64,000 nt of DNA from the human T2T-CHM13v2.0 reference genome, Homo sapiens. Location: NCBI RefSeq assembly GCF_009914755.1, contig NC_060934.1; one strand, given 5' to 3'. Below the pieces are notes generated by a model. The model made no database searches and had not been told where the DNA came from. It was given only the letters and a program-made list of their open reading frames with translations. Positions 47,401 through 61,540 of the stretch are shown piece by piece (positions within the stretch are counted from its first letter, which is position 1; each line of letters begins with the position of its first letter). A program made the position numbers and the translations under genes.

Positions 47401-48738
47401 ATACGGTCCATCTTAAATTTAAATTTTGCACCTACTCTTGGAATGTACCAGCTGTTTCAGGCTCTATGAGGATCAGTGATACCATAGATCTTTCTGCGTA
47501 AACCTCCTAATTATGGGTTGCGGGTACAGAAAACATTCTAATCTTACAAGGGCACTTCAGAAAGAGCAGAATTACAAACTGAAGAAATCTGCCACTCATG
47601 ATGACGTTTATGTTACTATGAAACCCAGATTGTTGCACTTTGAGGGACAGAATTAAATTTTCTGACTCCCTTTAACCAATGTACCCTCGTGGCCACCCTC
47701 TCTTGAAACTGAGAGTACAGAAGATGGTGCACTGGAAAGTAACAGCAAGTAAGTAATTCTGAAGCCTAGGTTTCTGTGCTTCTATATGTTTTATCCCCTA
47801 GGTCAAAGATGGTTACTGCATTTTAAAAGTGTTTTTAGGATATTAAATCGAAGTACATTATTCAGTGTCTAGTACCATTTATTCAGTGTCTAGTACCATT
47901 TAGCAACTCACACTTTGATTTTCTTAAGTTCTCCTTTAAGCTTCATCTGACAGATGCTTTTATTTCATCTTCTTGATTCTTTTCAGCATTATAATATCTG
48001 TATTTTTCACATGTGGGAGCACTAACAGTCTGAGTTCAGAAACAGCCCCAGATCTGGAAATGGATTAGGACTTGACAATGACCAGCAGTCAAAACAGCTG
48101 GGAAACACTAAAAACACTGAAAGCACAGAAGGCCCAGTGAAAAAGAAAAGGCCTGAGGTGACCAGATGATGTTGATAAGTCTAGTTCCAGTAGCAACAAA
48201 CTGAGAAGTATCATTAAAGAAGCAATGAAAGGAAAAAATAAGAGGCAGTGAGGAAGAAAAAACAGTTAATAGGAACAACTGAAACTATGGCTTGCGCAAA
48301 TCATAGCTGAGATTAGAAGAAATAGGGTCAGCAAAGTGCATTCCGCTGACTGCGGCACCAAGTGGCCTCGATACACGGGGTACTCTGGGGTCCTAAAGTA
48401 TAGAGACAAAAAGGAAATCAGAAACCTCAACAAACTCGTGAAAGTCATGATGCAATGGCACAATAACTGTGCATATAATCAGATACCCAGCACAGTTTGC
48501 TGTGCTTTAAGACCCGCCCATTGTCTCCCTGGTGAAGAAAATGGGACTCTAACCACCAAATTTACATTACGATCACTATAAAAAGTGTCATACTCACTAA
48601 AAGAAAATGTATTCACTTCCCTTGAGGAATTTACAATCCAGCAAGCATGAAACAAGTCCAGCAGAGATGTAGTTCATAAAAAGACGGATACAAGGTGCTT
48701 TAGTATTTTCCCAAGTCAAATCCCACGGCCAGGGGTTC

Positions 48739-49078
48739 TGAGGCAGGAAAATAGGGTCTGAAGGCAGGGAACCCAAGGCTAATTCACACTTAAGCTATGA
48801 CAGGAAATATCCTCTCCATGACTTTGTAACTTTACTTCATCCTCCTCATTTACATAGGGTATACCCCAAGTAACCAATGGGATCCTCTAGAGGGTATTTA
48901 AACTCCCCAAAATTTTGGAATGGGGCGTTTCAGCCCCTATGCTCAGCCTGCTCCCACACTGTGGGGAGTGTACTTCCATTTTCAATAAATCCCTTCATTC
49001 CTTCCTTGCTTGCTTTGTGCATTTTGTCCAATTCTTTGTTCAAGACGCCAAGAACCTGGACACCCTCCACTGTTAACA
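48739..49078 (+). mobile_element. ERV1 solo LTR (MER61-like)
   Basis: TG...CA ends, CCAAT, TATTTAA and AATAAA. Perfect 4-bp TSD GTTC at 48735-48738 and 49079-49082. Confidence 0.85.
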
Positions 49079-49363
49079 GTTCTAAAGGAATAATTAAAGC
49101 AGTTGTCTAGAAAATGTCCTTTATAAGATTTAAAAAACCCAGTTCCAATCCCTAATAACTTTACATTTTTCATTTTTCATTTAGAATGTTTGGTTTGTTT
49201 AATGGGCTTGAAGGCCAAGTTTTAAGAATTAACAACTTTACAAACTGAAGCAGAGTTACCCTATACTTAGGCCCACAGAAAAAAATCTAGTTTCCAATTC
49301 TCTGATATTGTCCTCATCTTCTTTCCAGACTCCTACCCCTCTGGGAGATAGGGAAAACTTTGA

Positions 49364-49620
<257 letters not shown>

Positions 49621-50569
49621 TATTTTTGTTTCTTCTAATTTAAGCAGTTTCCTTTCTGTCTATAAACATTCACTCCTTTCACTCTCTTTGGGATCACCTT
49701 TGGTATGATGAAATTTATGCAAATAATGTCATATTCTACCCTTTCCTTTCCCTCCTACACTTCTGGCTTGGGGTGTAGGAGGAGTTTTGGGCTCTCATAG
49801 TGGTGGAAAGAAACAGAGTCCTTGGGTCTATTTGGTATATCCTGGGGCTTTGGATTCACTGCTCCAAATGATGGGATTGGTTTGCTCACTGGTCTGGTGA
49901 CGGCTGCTGAGATCCTCTCTTGGGATCTGTGTTGCTGCCATCCCTAGAGCTTGTACTCCCAGGAACTTTCCCCCTGTTTAGAAATTCCTAGCTCTGTAGC
50001 CTTTTGGTCCTGACCCCAGAGCTCTGCAGTCCGGGGGTGCTCTTAGCACCTCCACATCTCATAGCCAGGGCATGCAGAGTCATCTGGTTCTCTTGCATAC
50101 CAAATATAGGCCATAGGGATCAACCATCTGTGGTCTGCTCCCACCTTCATGCCATCACCCCGGGCTTGTTGGAACTGTCTCTATGTAGTTTCTCCCAATG
50201 GCTGGCAGCCTCCTCTGCTCCCCGTGCCAGGAGAATTACGCCATGAACCTAAATATGCTTGGTCTCCCTCATGCCTCTCTGAGTTTTCTAAAGCCACTCC
50301 TCCACACCAGATGGTCAAGCACAGAAGCTGGAATGGATAGAGGGATGAAAGCCCCTGTATCTGACCTCCTTGTTCTCCATCTCTTTCCCACAATTCTAAC
50401 AGGCTAGAAAGAGCAGTTTCCCCCTCTTCTACATGAAAAGAATATCTTCTCCACCTCCAAAAAAATAAACTCTTATCCAAGTCTGCAAGGCCTAAAGCCA
50501 TTTAGAAACTCCTCTTCCTTTGTATAAAGCCATGCATGCAACTTTTATCTTTTATATAAAAGATATAGA

Positions 50570-50880
<311 letters not shown>

Positions 50881-51807
50881 TAATCTTATTTGGTATGACA
50901 GAAATTCAGCATTAGCTTTTTCTCTTTAGATCCCAGCTGCACAGTCCTTATCCAGACCCCCCATTTTATGCAGATAGCTGTATCAGACTTGCTGGGAGGA
51001 TGGTAATTTTCAAAGTACAAAAAAGAAATAATATTCATTTGGAAAAAACAAAACTCCATGACCTAAATATTGAAAGTAGGTTACAGAAATAAAAATTATA
51101 AAGAACTCAGTGAGTTTTGGGTTTACTATTTAGAGCTAGGAATTAGCAATGCTTGTTTGGGTATCACTGAAAAGGAAATAATTCTTGCATCAAAGTGCTT
51201 GCGAATCCTCCGGAGACCCTGTCTGCTCCCTTGATTTCCAACTCTTCCCACTGCTGTGTTGTCCCGGGGCCTCTGCCCTCCTTCCCTTTCTCTGACATAA
51301 TCCCTGTAACCTTTATCTAGAGGATGACTCTTTCTGACACATTCAAGACTCTGCTAATCTTTCCCTACATATTTTTTTTTTCTGGAGAAGACATTGCCGT
51401 CTCCTCACTGCCACTCCATTACCTGGCTTTTCCTCTTCTAAATGTTAGTAATTTCTCCTTGTATCTTGGCATAAGTGAATTATGTCCACAGAAGCGAATT
51501 CTTGTATGGCTTGACATATTTCAGTATCTTAGCACGTGCACGCACGCATGCGCACACACACACCTCAATTCCCAAGAATGTTTCATTTTAATTCCTTGTA
51601 GTTCAACCATGATTTGTGCATAAAATAATTCTTAAAAGAATTTCTTTTATGAGTTAGGTTGGGTATTTAGCCATTTTGTCCTAGTTCCCCTGATATTGTA
51701 GCCATTTTTATTAATAAAGTACAAAAAATGCATCATAAACCTTTGGGCCAAGAGCTTTGTTCGCAGAGATGTCAGTGGTTAGTCAAGGTCAGATTTAACA
51801 CCCCTAG

Positions 51808-52118
<311 letters not shown>

Positions 52119-52282
52119 TCCTCCCCACCTTCTTAATAGCTTCTAGAAATCTGCTGAGTACAATGGAGGGCATACAAGCTTGGATATGAGAGTCTAGACC
52201 CAAGAGAAAAAAATCACAGAACTATAAAATTGACATGTTGCATCTCACATTACCTCTCCATTAACCTCATAATAAAACTGAC

Positions 52283-52445
52283 AAACATTTATAGTTACTG
52301 ACTAGTGTGTCAGGCGCTGTACTAAGCACTTTACGTGCATTAAACACACTTAAATTCTCAATAACCCTTGAGATAGGTAAATGTATATCTCCCTTTCCCA
52401 GAGGAGGAACCAGAAGCCCAGAGAGGTTAAGTCAATTATCCTCAG
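52283..52445 (-). mobile_element. MIR
   Basis: CTGTACTAAGCACTTTAC...CCCAGAGAGGTTAAGT core. Confidence 0.75.
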
Positions 52446-52730
52446 CCTTTAGCTAAGTTCCATCTCTGTTCCTCCTCTCACTCTTCTGGAGAGTAGCAAT
52501 AACATATCCAATCCCAACCTCCAAACCCCCAAACACACAACTGAATGGTATAAAGACAGTGTCCTGACCTCTCTAAGCATCGGTGCTCCCCTCTGAGATT
52601 TGCAGAAATCTCAGTCTGCAAATCCCCCGCCCCATCACAGTTTTCTTAGCTCTCTCAGCTTTCATTTATTTATCTGAAAATGTGAATGCTTAAACTCGTG
52701 TGTTCCTTACCCCTTCAGAAAGCAGTTGGG

Positions 52731-53220
52731 TGGAGTAGACAGAGTAATGAGCCCCTTCCCCAAAGATGTCCACGTACGCCTCCTCCAAGTCTGTGAATAA
52801 GTTAGATTCCATGGCAAAGGAGAATTAAAGTTTCCAATCAGCTGACTATAATATAGTGAGAGAGTAGCCTAGATTATCCAGGTGGAGCCAGCATAATCCC
52901 AAATACACTGAAAAGTGTAAGAGGAAGGCTAAAGAGGAGGTTGGAGTGACTCAAAGTAAGAAGGACTCCACCTGCCGTTGCTGGCTCCAAAGATGACCAG
53001 GAGCTGAGGAATGCAGGTTCCTCTAGAAGCTGGAGAAGGCAAGAAAACAATTCCATGCCAGAGCTCCAGACAGGAGTACAGCCCTGCCAACACTTTGGTT
53101 CCAGGCTAGTGAGACCAATGTTGGACTCTGACCTAGGGAACTGCAGGGTAATACATTTGTATTGTTTGAAGCCATTCAGTGCACGATAATCTGTTACAGC
53201 ACGTATAGAAGACAAATACA
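52731..53220 (+). mobile_element. MLT1D-like MaLR solo LTR
   Basis: CCCCAAAGATGTCCAC...GGCAAAGGAGAATTAA...CTCTAGAAGCTGGA...GTTACAGCA...AATACA. Confidence 0.8.
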
Positions 53221-53289
53221 CTGGGTGACATGGGAAACATCCCTTAATCTCTCTGCAATTCTATTTTCTCATTAGAAAATAGAGTTCAT

Positions 53290-53398
53290 ATACATATGTA
53301 ACAAACCTGCACGTTGTGTACATGTACCCTAAAACTTAAAGTATAATAAAAAAAGACAAAAAAAAGATTAAATGGTTGATATTAAAAAAAAAAAAAAA
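53290..53398 (+). mobile_element. Extremely 5'-truncated young L1PA (L1PA3/4-like) with two A tails
   Basis: L1 3' terminal ~60 nt. Perfect 16-bp TSD AGAAAATAGAGTTCAT at 53274-53289 and 53399-53414. Confidence 0.92.
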
Positions 53399-54554
53399 AG
53401 AAAATAGAGTTCATTCTGACCCTGAGTCCCTGGCCTTAAACTGAATCCTAACCATAACTTTAACTCTATTTAGAGTCAAACTCTACAGCTAAGCGAGTAA
53501 CAAACCAGTTAGTACAAGAAAAAATGCACTCACAGATTTCTTTGCTCATAAACTTTCTTTATATTATGGAGCCAACATGAGATCCAATGGACTAATGAAG
53601 ATAAGGAGTGTAGCACATGACTCACCCTCAAGAAACTTCAGCTCCCTTCTTCCACTGGACACTGCCATGCTGATTTCAAATCCCACCTTATTCACCTGCT
53701 GCAAGAACAAAAGAAGAAACAATGTTCACACCTGATGTATATCAAATATTGTTCAAGTAGAAATGCAAGCCAAGTTGAAGTCATGAACAGTTAAAAGAAA
53801 TGAATCTCATTTATCTGGAGTTTATTTGCCTATTACAAGCTTCACTTTGTGCAGGTCAGTACCTGGACTTGCCCAAAGGGCCTTTCACTGTTTATTCCAG
53901 AAACAAACAAACAAACAAAAACCAAAGAGAGGCAAAGAAAAAGTAAAAGTTACTGGGATGATTTGAAGTCACCGAGAGAGTGGTGACAGATAAAATTAAA
54001 CTTGAAAGTTGTTAAGAATGTTGTCCAGAGGGGTCATGCTGTTGAAAATAATAAGTGGGTCATAATTAAATGCTTATTCTGTGATTTCTTGGTATATTTC
54101 ATTTCTCTCCTTTGCTTTCAACCCCCACTCTTAGTTTCTGGTCACTGCAGGAATTAACCTGTATATGAAAGACAGTTTGGAAAAAAAAATGCAACTTTCT
54201 CACATCTGAACTAGCAGTTTGACATTTTATATGAATGCCAGCCAAATCATAAATCGAAAAGGAGAGAATTCTAGATCATCCATATTATCAAGAAGTCACA
54301 GGGGTTGCTGATAGGGAGGTTGGAGGGAGGAGTTTGGCCTTAGGATCCAGATAGGACAAATATAATGCTATAGGGGATCACGCTTTAAGCAAACTTGATA
54401 CATGAAAGTCTAGATTTCCTTTACATAATTCAGGTATTATTCACTTTGCAGAAGAATTTAGGCAGTGATTCTTGAAAATGGGCCATTCTCCTAATGCATA
54501 TTTTTAAAAAAATATATTCTTGAAAAATGTGATTAATAACGTGATTCTCTAAGC

Positions 54555-55147
<593 letters not shown>

Positions 55148-55637
55148 TTATTCCTAACACCCATGGTTTTTATATATTTTCTATTACCTTGATCCTTTTC
55201 TATGTTGTCTTCATGTGAAACTCGTGAAAGCTAAGTATAAAACTAAATTTTGTTATATGGCTCTAAAGATGCCCAGCACCTGAAATCCAATGATCTTTAA
55301 TAAATCAATCCAAGCAAATACTCAAAGGAGCAAGGGAAATGTTCAGACCAAAGGTTTTTGGCCAGATTCTGGCCATGGCTTTGAAACAGCTCTTAACCAG
55401 ATTCAATGGCTAGTTGATAATGAGATGCTTGTTTTGGCTTTATAGCTTGTCGTCTAAGGTTTATTATGCTATGGATTCTCACTCGTTTGAAAAGAACAGG
55501 TGGGACTCAACTCAGTTCTAATGGTGACTCCTAAAGCAAACCTCTCCTACAGCTAAGGTCTGTTCCTAGGGAAGTAGCAGTGCTGCCTGTTAGGCAGGGA
55601 AGAGATTCAAGTGAAGGTCTTAAAATCTAGGGCTCTA

Positions 55638-55739
55638 TGCCAGGCATGGTGGGTATGCCTGTAATCCCTACACTTTGGGAGGCTGTGGTACACTCCAGTC
55701 TGGGTAACAGAAGACCTGTCAAAAAAAAAAAAAAAAAAA
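55638..55739 (+). mobile_element. Internally deleted Alu remnant
   Basis: Alu 5' end joined directly to an Alu 3' end and A tail. Confidence 0.75.
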
Positions 55740-56467
55740 GCGGGGGTGCTCTGGAAACGACAAACCTAAGAAAAAATGTTATCTCCACCTCTTACTGATT
55801 GGATGCATTTGAGCATATTGCTCGATCTCTGAGTTTCACTTGGCTCACAGTAAGCCTTCAATAAATGCTGATAACAATGGTAATTACCATTCTGTAATCT
55901 CACACACATGTTCTAAGCGTCTTTTAGCTGCACAGCCTCTATGCACCAAAGCAGCAACAGGATGCTTCCAAGAACCATTTCAATTGCATCCCTTCAAACA
56001 GCAGTGATGAGTCAACAGGTACTTTATACTTCTGCAGTTCATACAGCTTTGTAGACAGATCATCTTATTTGTACTTTTTGAACTTGACTCATCACTCTTC
56101 CTGGACACGCAGGGGTGAGGGATAGAGATGGGGAAGGTAGATGCTGCTACCAAGATGATGGTCTTGCACGTAGCTATGAAACCTGCTTAAACCAATTCAG
56201 GGGGAATTTTAAGGCATAGCGTTAATTCTTTATCAATGCCAAGGAGCAAAGTCCAAAGACAAATTAAGACAAGGTCCAAACAGAATAGTTGAAGCCGGCC
56301 TGGACCAAAGGGCAAGGATGATCTACTCATGAAGCAGCAGCTACAAAAGCTGGGGTCCTGCCATAAAACAGACACCACACAAGTAATTTTTACTGGGACA
56401 ATTTAACATCAAAGTTATTAACTACTAATGAAGGATTACCTTCTAAGAGAGGTAAAGATAACTCTTA

Positions 56468-56785
<318 letters not shown>

Positions 56786-57052
56786 ACAGAAATAGCAGCT
56801 CTAGAGTACAACCACTCCACGAAGGGGCTGAAAGAGTGCTCGAGGAAGGAACAAACTTGGAAAAAGCTCCACTCCATGGCTGAGACTTACTTTGTTGGAG
56901 ACAACGGATCGATGGCCCACTGGATGGAGAAGTTTGCTGAGATGCCACAGGCCAGGACGGGCTGGCAGGAAACTGCCCATGGTGGGTGCTATTGGGGCTT
57001 ACCACCTTGGGTTGCAGTATCCCTAGCCCCACTGGCAGGAAAGCTGCCCGCT

Positions 57053-57127
57053 TTGTTCCCTAAATAGGGACTTGTATGAATGGCCCCACGAAGGTTCAGC
57101 TGTCTCTTACTTCTAATCAGTGAAATT
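57053..57127 (+). pseudogene. NUMT: fragment of mitochondrial 16S rRNA (MT-RNR2), humanin region
   Basis: TTGTTCCCTAAATAGGGACTTGTATGAATGGCCCCACGAAGGTTCAGCTGTCTCTTACTTCTAATCAGTGAAATT matches human mt 16S as I recall it, with about 6 substitutions in 75 nt. Confidence 0.92.
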
Positions 57128-57187
57128 CCTAAACAAGGAAGCCACCTGCTGGCAGCCATGGCTATGCCGAAAGAGCAAGAAAAATAA
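57080..57187 (+). CDS. Putative humanin-like smORF MAPRRFSCLLLLISEIPKQGSHLLAAMAMPKEQEK (35 aa). The ORF is open, but there is no evidence of expression.
   Basis: Manual translation from ATG 57080 to TAA 57185-57187. First 16 aa are 14/16 identical to humanin. Confidence 0.25.
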   Translation: MAPRRFSCLLLLISEIPKQGSHLLAAMAMPKEQEK

Positions 57188-57524
57188 GGTACCAGAAAGG
57201 GAAAAACAAGCCCTGTCCTCTTTTAATATCTCTCCCACTCTCTCACCTCTATCAAGGACCAGTTGCACTGGCCGAGGAGACATATTCCAGGGTCCATCTC
57301 CAGTAGCACAAAGTAGGACAAAGAAGAGTGGATTTGGAGATGAGGCACTGATAACTGGCATAGATTCAAAGTAGGTAAAATGAAGGTGCAGGTTTGGAGA
57401 AATGGCCGGCGTCCACCAAGACGATTTTCAACGTCATGCTCAGAACCTCCGACAAGGGAATATTAGGACTAACCAGTGGCATATTATGGGCATAATGGCT
57501 CTCACAATTAATCTGCTTCTGTGA

Positions 57525-57902
<378 letters not shown>

Positions 57903-58528
57903 TAATAACCTGGGTTCCTATTTGGCTCAGCAGGTCCGTCTAAGACCTAATGAGATGTCTGCAGCATGCTCTGTTACAGCTCTGTGCCTATTACTAGAAA
58001 CTTCCCAGAGCGGAAGTTGGAACTGAACAAAGGGAGACTTAAAGTAAGCATTGGCCACAGGAGCATATAAACCCAATTTGAATATTTTAAAATTTAATTA
58101 ACCATGATTATGGATTGCATGACTGAATTCACCAACTGATTCAGTCAAAATAAACTAGTTGCTATTGCAATTTTACTTCCTAATGATTGTAATGAATTAG
58201 TTGAGAGACGCTGGGAAATATTTTCCAGTATAATATTTAAGAATTTTATCAACCAGGGTCTCAAAGGACTTAATTTAGGTATAATAACTTTTTTCTCTTT
58301 CTGCTGCTGAAATGTGGTGAATCTATGTGTGACTAATTGAAGTTGCACACAGTGATCTATCCACATGACCAGAAGAGGGCTCTGAAGTAGGCTAAGTGCT
58401 AGAGGTGTCTCATTTAATTCCAGGAAAGGGGCTATCCTTCCTCTCTATCCTGAAAGCTTATTTTCCTGAACTAAACTAGTGAATCTACTATGGACCCAGC
58501 TCTGTGCACAGTGAGGAGAAAGGTTTTT

Positions 58529-58839
58529 GTTTTTTGTTTTTTGTTTTTTCTTCTTTTTTTGAGACGGAGTCTCACTCTATCGCCAGTCTAGAGTGCAGTG
58601 GCACGATCCCAGCTCACTACAACTTCCGCCTCCCGGGTTCAAGTTGTTCTCCTGCCTCAGGCACCCGAGTAGCTTGGACTGCAGGCTCCCACCACCACAC
58701 CCAGCTAATTTTCGTATTTTTAGTAGAGACAGGGTTTCACCATGTTGGCCAGGATAGTCTCAATCTCTTGACCTCGTGATCCACCCGCCTCAGCCTCCCA
58801 AAGTGCTGGGATTATAGGTGCGAGTCACCGCAGCCAGCA
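58529..58839 (-). mobile_element. AluSc-like
   Basis: Reverse-complement Alu. TSD GAGAAAGGTTTTT at 58516-58528 and 58840-58852. Confidence 0.95.
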
Positions 58840-59098
58840 GAGAAAGGTTTTTATAAAATAAATAGACATTCTGGCCTGGACATATGATTATGAGAACACT
58901 ACAAAGAGCTAAGGAAGGGGCCTCAATTATGTGGCACAAACATTAGCTACAAGAGATACTCAGAGACAGGGACCATCCGTGGGTCTATGTGCACTTGAAC
59001 ACCTGGGCAGGGCTCATGGAGAAGGTAGCACTGACTTTGCCTAATATTTTGTGGGGTTTGTCTGTGTTTGTGTTAAGGGGAATGGTGCATTGTGTACT

Positions 59099-59756
59099 TG
59101 TGGCAGGCCAGGTCTCACTAACCCAGGCCTCCATAACAGCTGTTTCAGCACTGACTGAGTGGTTAAGTTAAATATTAAAAGCAGATAGAGCCAGTGCCCT
59201 TATACAAAAGCTAGAATGTAATAAAAACCCACCAAGAGTTTTGCCTAGGCCATTCCAGGGCCTTGAAGTATGAAATGATAATAAGGGAATTCTTAACAGG
59301 AATCGTTTAGAATTAAACAAGTTTTATTGGGGGTCTAAAGAAACTCCTCAGACCGCCACAAACAAGTTTATTGGGGGTCTGAAGGAACTCCCCAGACCTC
59401 CGTGATTTAGCAGGAGACAAGATAAGGGTAATCACCCCAGCACCTGGACCCATTTAGATTAAGTAAATGTACTGAGGCTCCAGAGGAAGGTCTTCAGAAC
59501 TCGGATATTAGTTATAGATTAGAAGAAGTTAATCACTTATGTCTTTAGATGAATGCAAACTTAAACATAGACATATAGCTTAGAAGGTATATAAGCTCTG
59601 GAAAACTTCGTAATTTTGAGTTGGTCTGGTGACATTTTCCGGGCCTTCTCCTTGTACACAGGTATGGAAATAAACTCCCTTCTTTCCCAGATCATCTGCA
59701 TCTTGTTATTGGGCCATGAGAATAAGCAGCCCCACCCTCAATTTGGTCCAGGAACA
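59099..59756 (+). mobile_element. ERV1 solo LTR (LTR15-like, tentative)
   Basis: TG...CA ends, TATATAA and AATAAA, and an internal ~45-bp tandem repeat near 59315-59405. Perfect TSD TACT at 59095-59098 and 59757-59760. Confidence 0.85.
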
Positions 59757-60600
59757 TACTGGCAGTGGAAAGACATGAAGTATAATATAAATCCTGGATA
59801 ATATAAATCCTGGATTCCAGTTCTAGCTCATCTACTCCATAGTCGTGAGACTTTAAGCAAAGCACTCACTAAACCCCAACTGGGTTATTCCTGAAGTGAG
59901 AATGGTAACGGATGGTTATCGTCCACATAAAATGAGACTATGTAAAGCATAAAGTTCCATCAGCCTTTATTATTACTAAGAAGGTAGACTTAACAAGACT
60001 ATGTCATTAGACAGAGGATCTCTTTTCCTGGCCAAACCTGATTATGGTCACCTTGAAACGAATTGGACTCAAATGAATTTGAAAGGCAAACTGCCTTCAG
60101 CTGCATAATTCCCCCAGCACAAAGGCAACAGCAAATGAAACAACATAAACAACATTCCAGGTTCATACCTTATATGTGTTTGTTCTTTATTTTAAACTAC
60201 AGAACATGGTGATTCTTTTAAAGCTACAAGCAATCATGCCAAGTGTCCAGGTTTATTCGGCATGACAGCTGAGAGTCCAGGATGAATTGAAGGCTCTATT
60301 TTTAGATTTCAGTCAAAGGATAAAAATCAGACCTTCCTGTGGGAATCATCTATTCTGAGTCATGCAACACCATCAGGCCAGAATAAAATAGCTCCACAAC
60401 CCAAAGCATTCATCACCTGTGAAATAAGAAACAGAGCAATTTGCAAGATTCCTCTTTCTGCAACCTTGGAGCTTTGGTGGCATTCTGTGAGATGAGCATA
60501 GTGCCCTTCCTCAGTGCAAATGGGCCAACCAGCAGACTTAGCTGTTAAAGAGGCAGGAGCCTTTACAAATTCGGCATGAATCAGAAATAAAAGGTTATTT

Positions 60601-60745
60601 AGTTCAGGTGCAGTGGCTCATGCCTATAATCCCAGGACTGTGGGAGGCTGAGTCTTGAGGATCATTTGAGGCTGGGAATTAGAGACCAGCCTGGACAACA
60701 TAGTGAGACCTCATCTCTATAAAAAAAAATAAAGAAAAAATATAA
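60601..60745 (+). mobile_element. FLAM / Alu left monomer
   Basis: Single Alu arm plus A-rich tail. Confidence 0.85.
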
Positions 60746-61398
60746 GAAGATAATTTAAATTTAAGTCAAGAAGGAAAGTAACTGGCCGTTCTAAATATTA
60801 TTCAATAAATTGTTTGACTGATAATGGCTAACCTTTCTGCCCAACTTAGACTGATAAGTCTATGTTTCTATGCTCAAGAATCAAACACACAACACTTGGT
60901 TATTCTAAGAATGTATAGAATGTGATCACAGAAACAATATCCAATATAGCTAGGTCATTAGAGACTCAGATTCAGAAACTTAGGTATCATCTGATTTAAA
61001 CTCCTTCATTTTTAAAGTGAAGTGAAGTAACTGACACCCATGGAATTTAAACAACCTGCTCCAGAGTTAATTAACAAATTAGTGGCAGAGCAGGATCTAG
61101 AAGACACAGAGCAGAAACATTCAAAGACTATAAATGGTTAAGGTCCTGATTTTCTAATCACAGGAAATAGTAGACTCCAAAAACTACAGACGAATGAAAT
61201 GAAGGAATCGTAGATTCACATCTGGAAGGAGTGATGAAGATCATCTATTCTGACCCACTCATTTTTGAGGTGAAACAGGATGAGCTCGACTAAGGTGTTT
61301 GCCTAGCAGCTGGTTAATGACAGAGCACAGCTAGAACCTGGGTCTCCTGGACTTTGCCTGGGGATCTTTTCACTTCACTAGCGTTGAGATTCTTCTCA

Positions 61399-61540
61399 GG
61401 CAAAATTCTAGAATAGATTATTAAACAGATGGCTTGGGAGCATTTAAAAAGAAAGCAATCATTAGCAGCCAGCATGGGTTCAGTTAGAACAAGTAAGTCA
61501 TGCCAGACTAATCTCATTTCCTTTTTGATGCAGTTACAAA
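61399..61540 (+). mobile_element. L3/CR1 LINE reverse-transcriptase fragment
   Basis: Degenerate translation GKILE*IIK...EHL / SQHGF / SCQTNLISF, characteristic of CR1 ORF2. Confidence 0.75.

Noticed and set aside
57044-57050. CTGCCCG left of the NUMT, matching mtDNA just beyond its right end
   Set aside because: Only 7 nt, compatible with chance.
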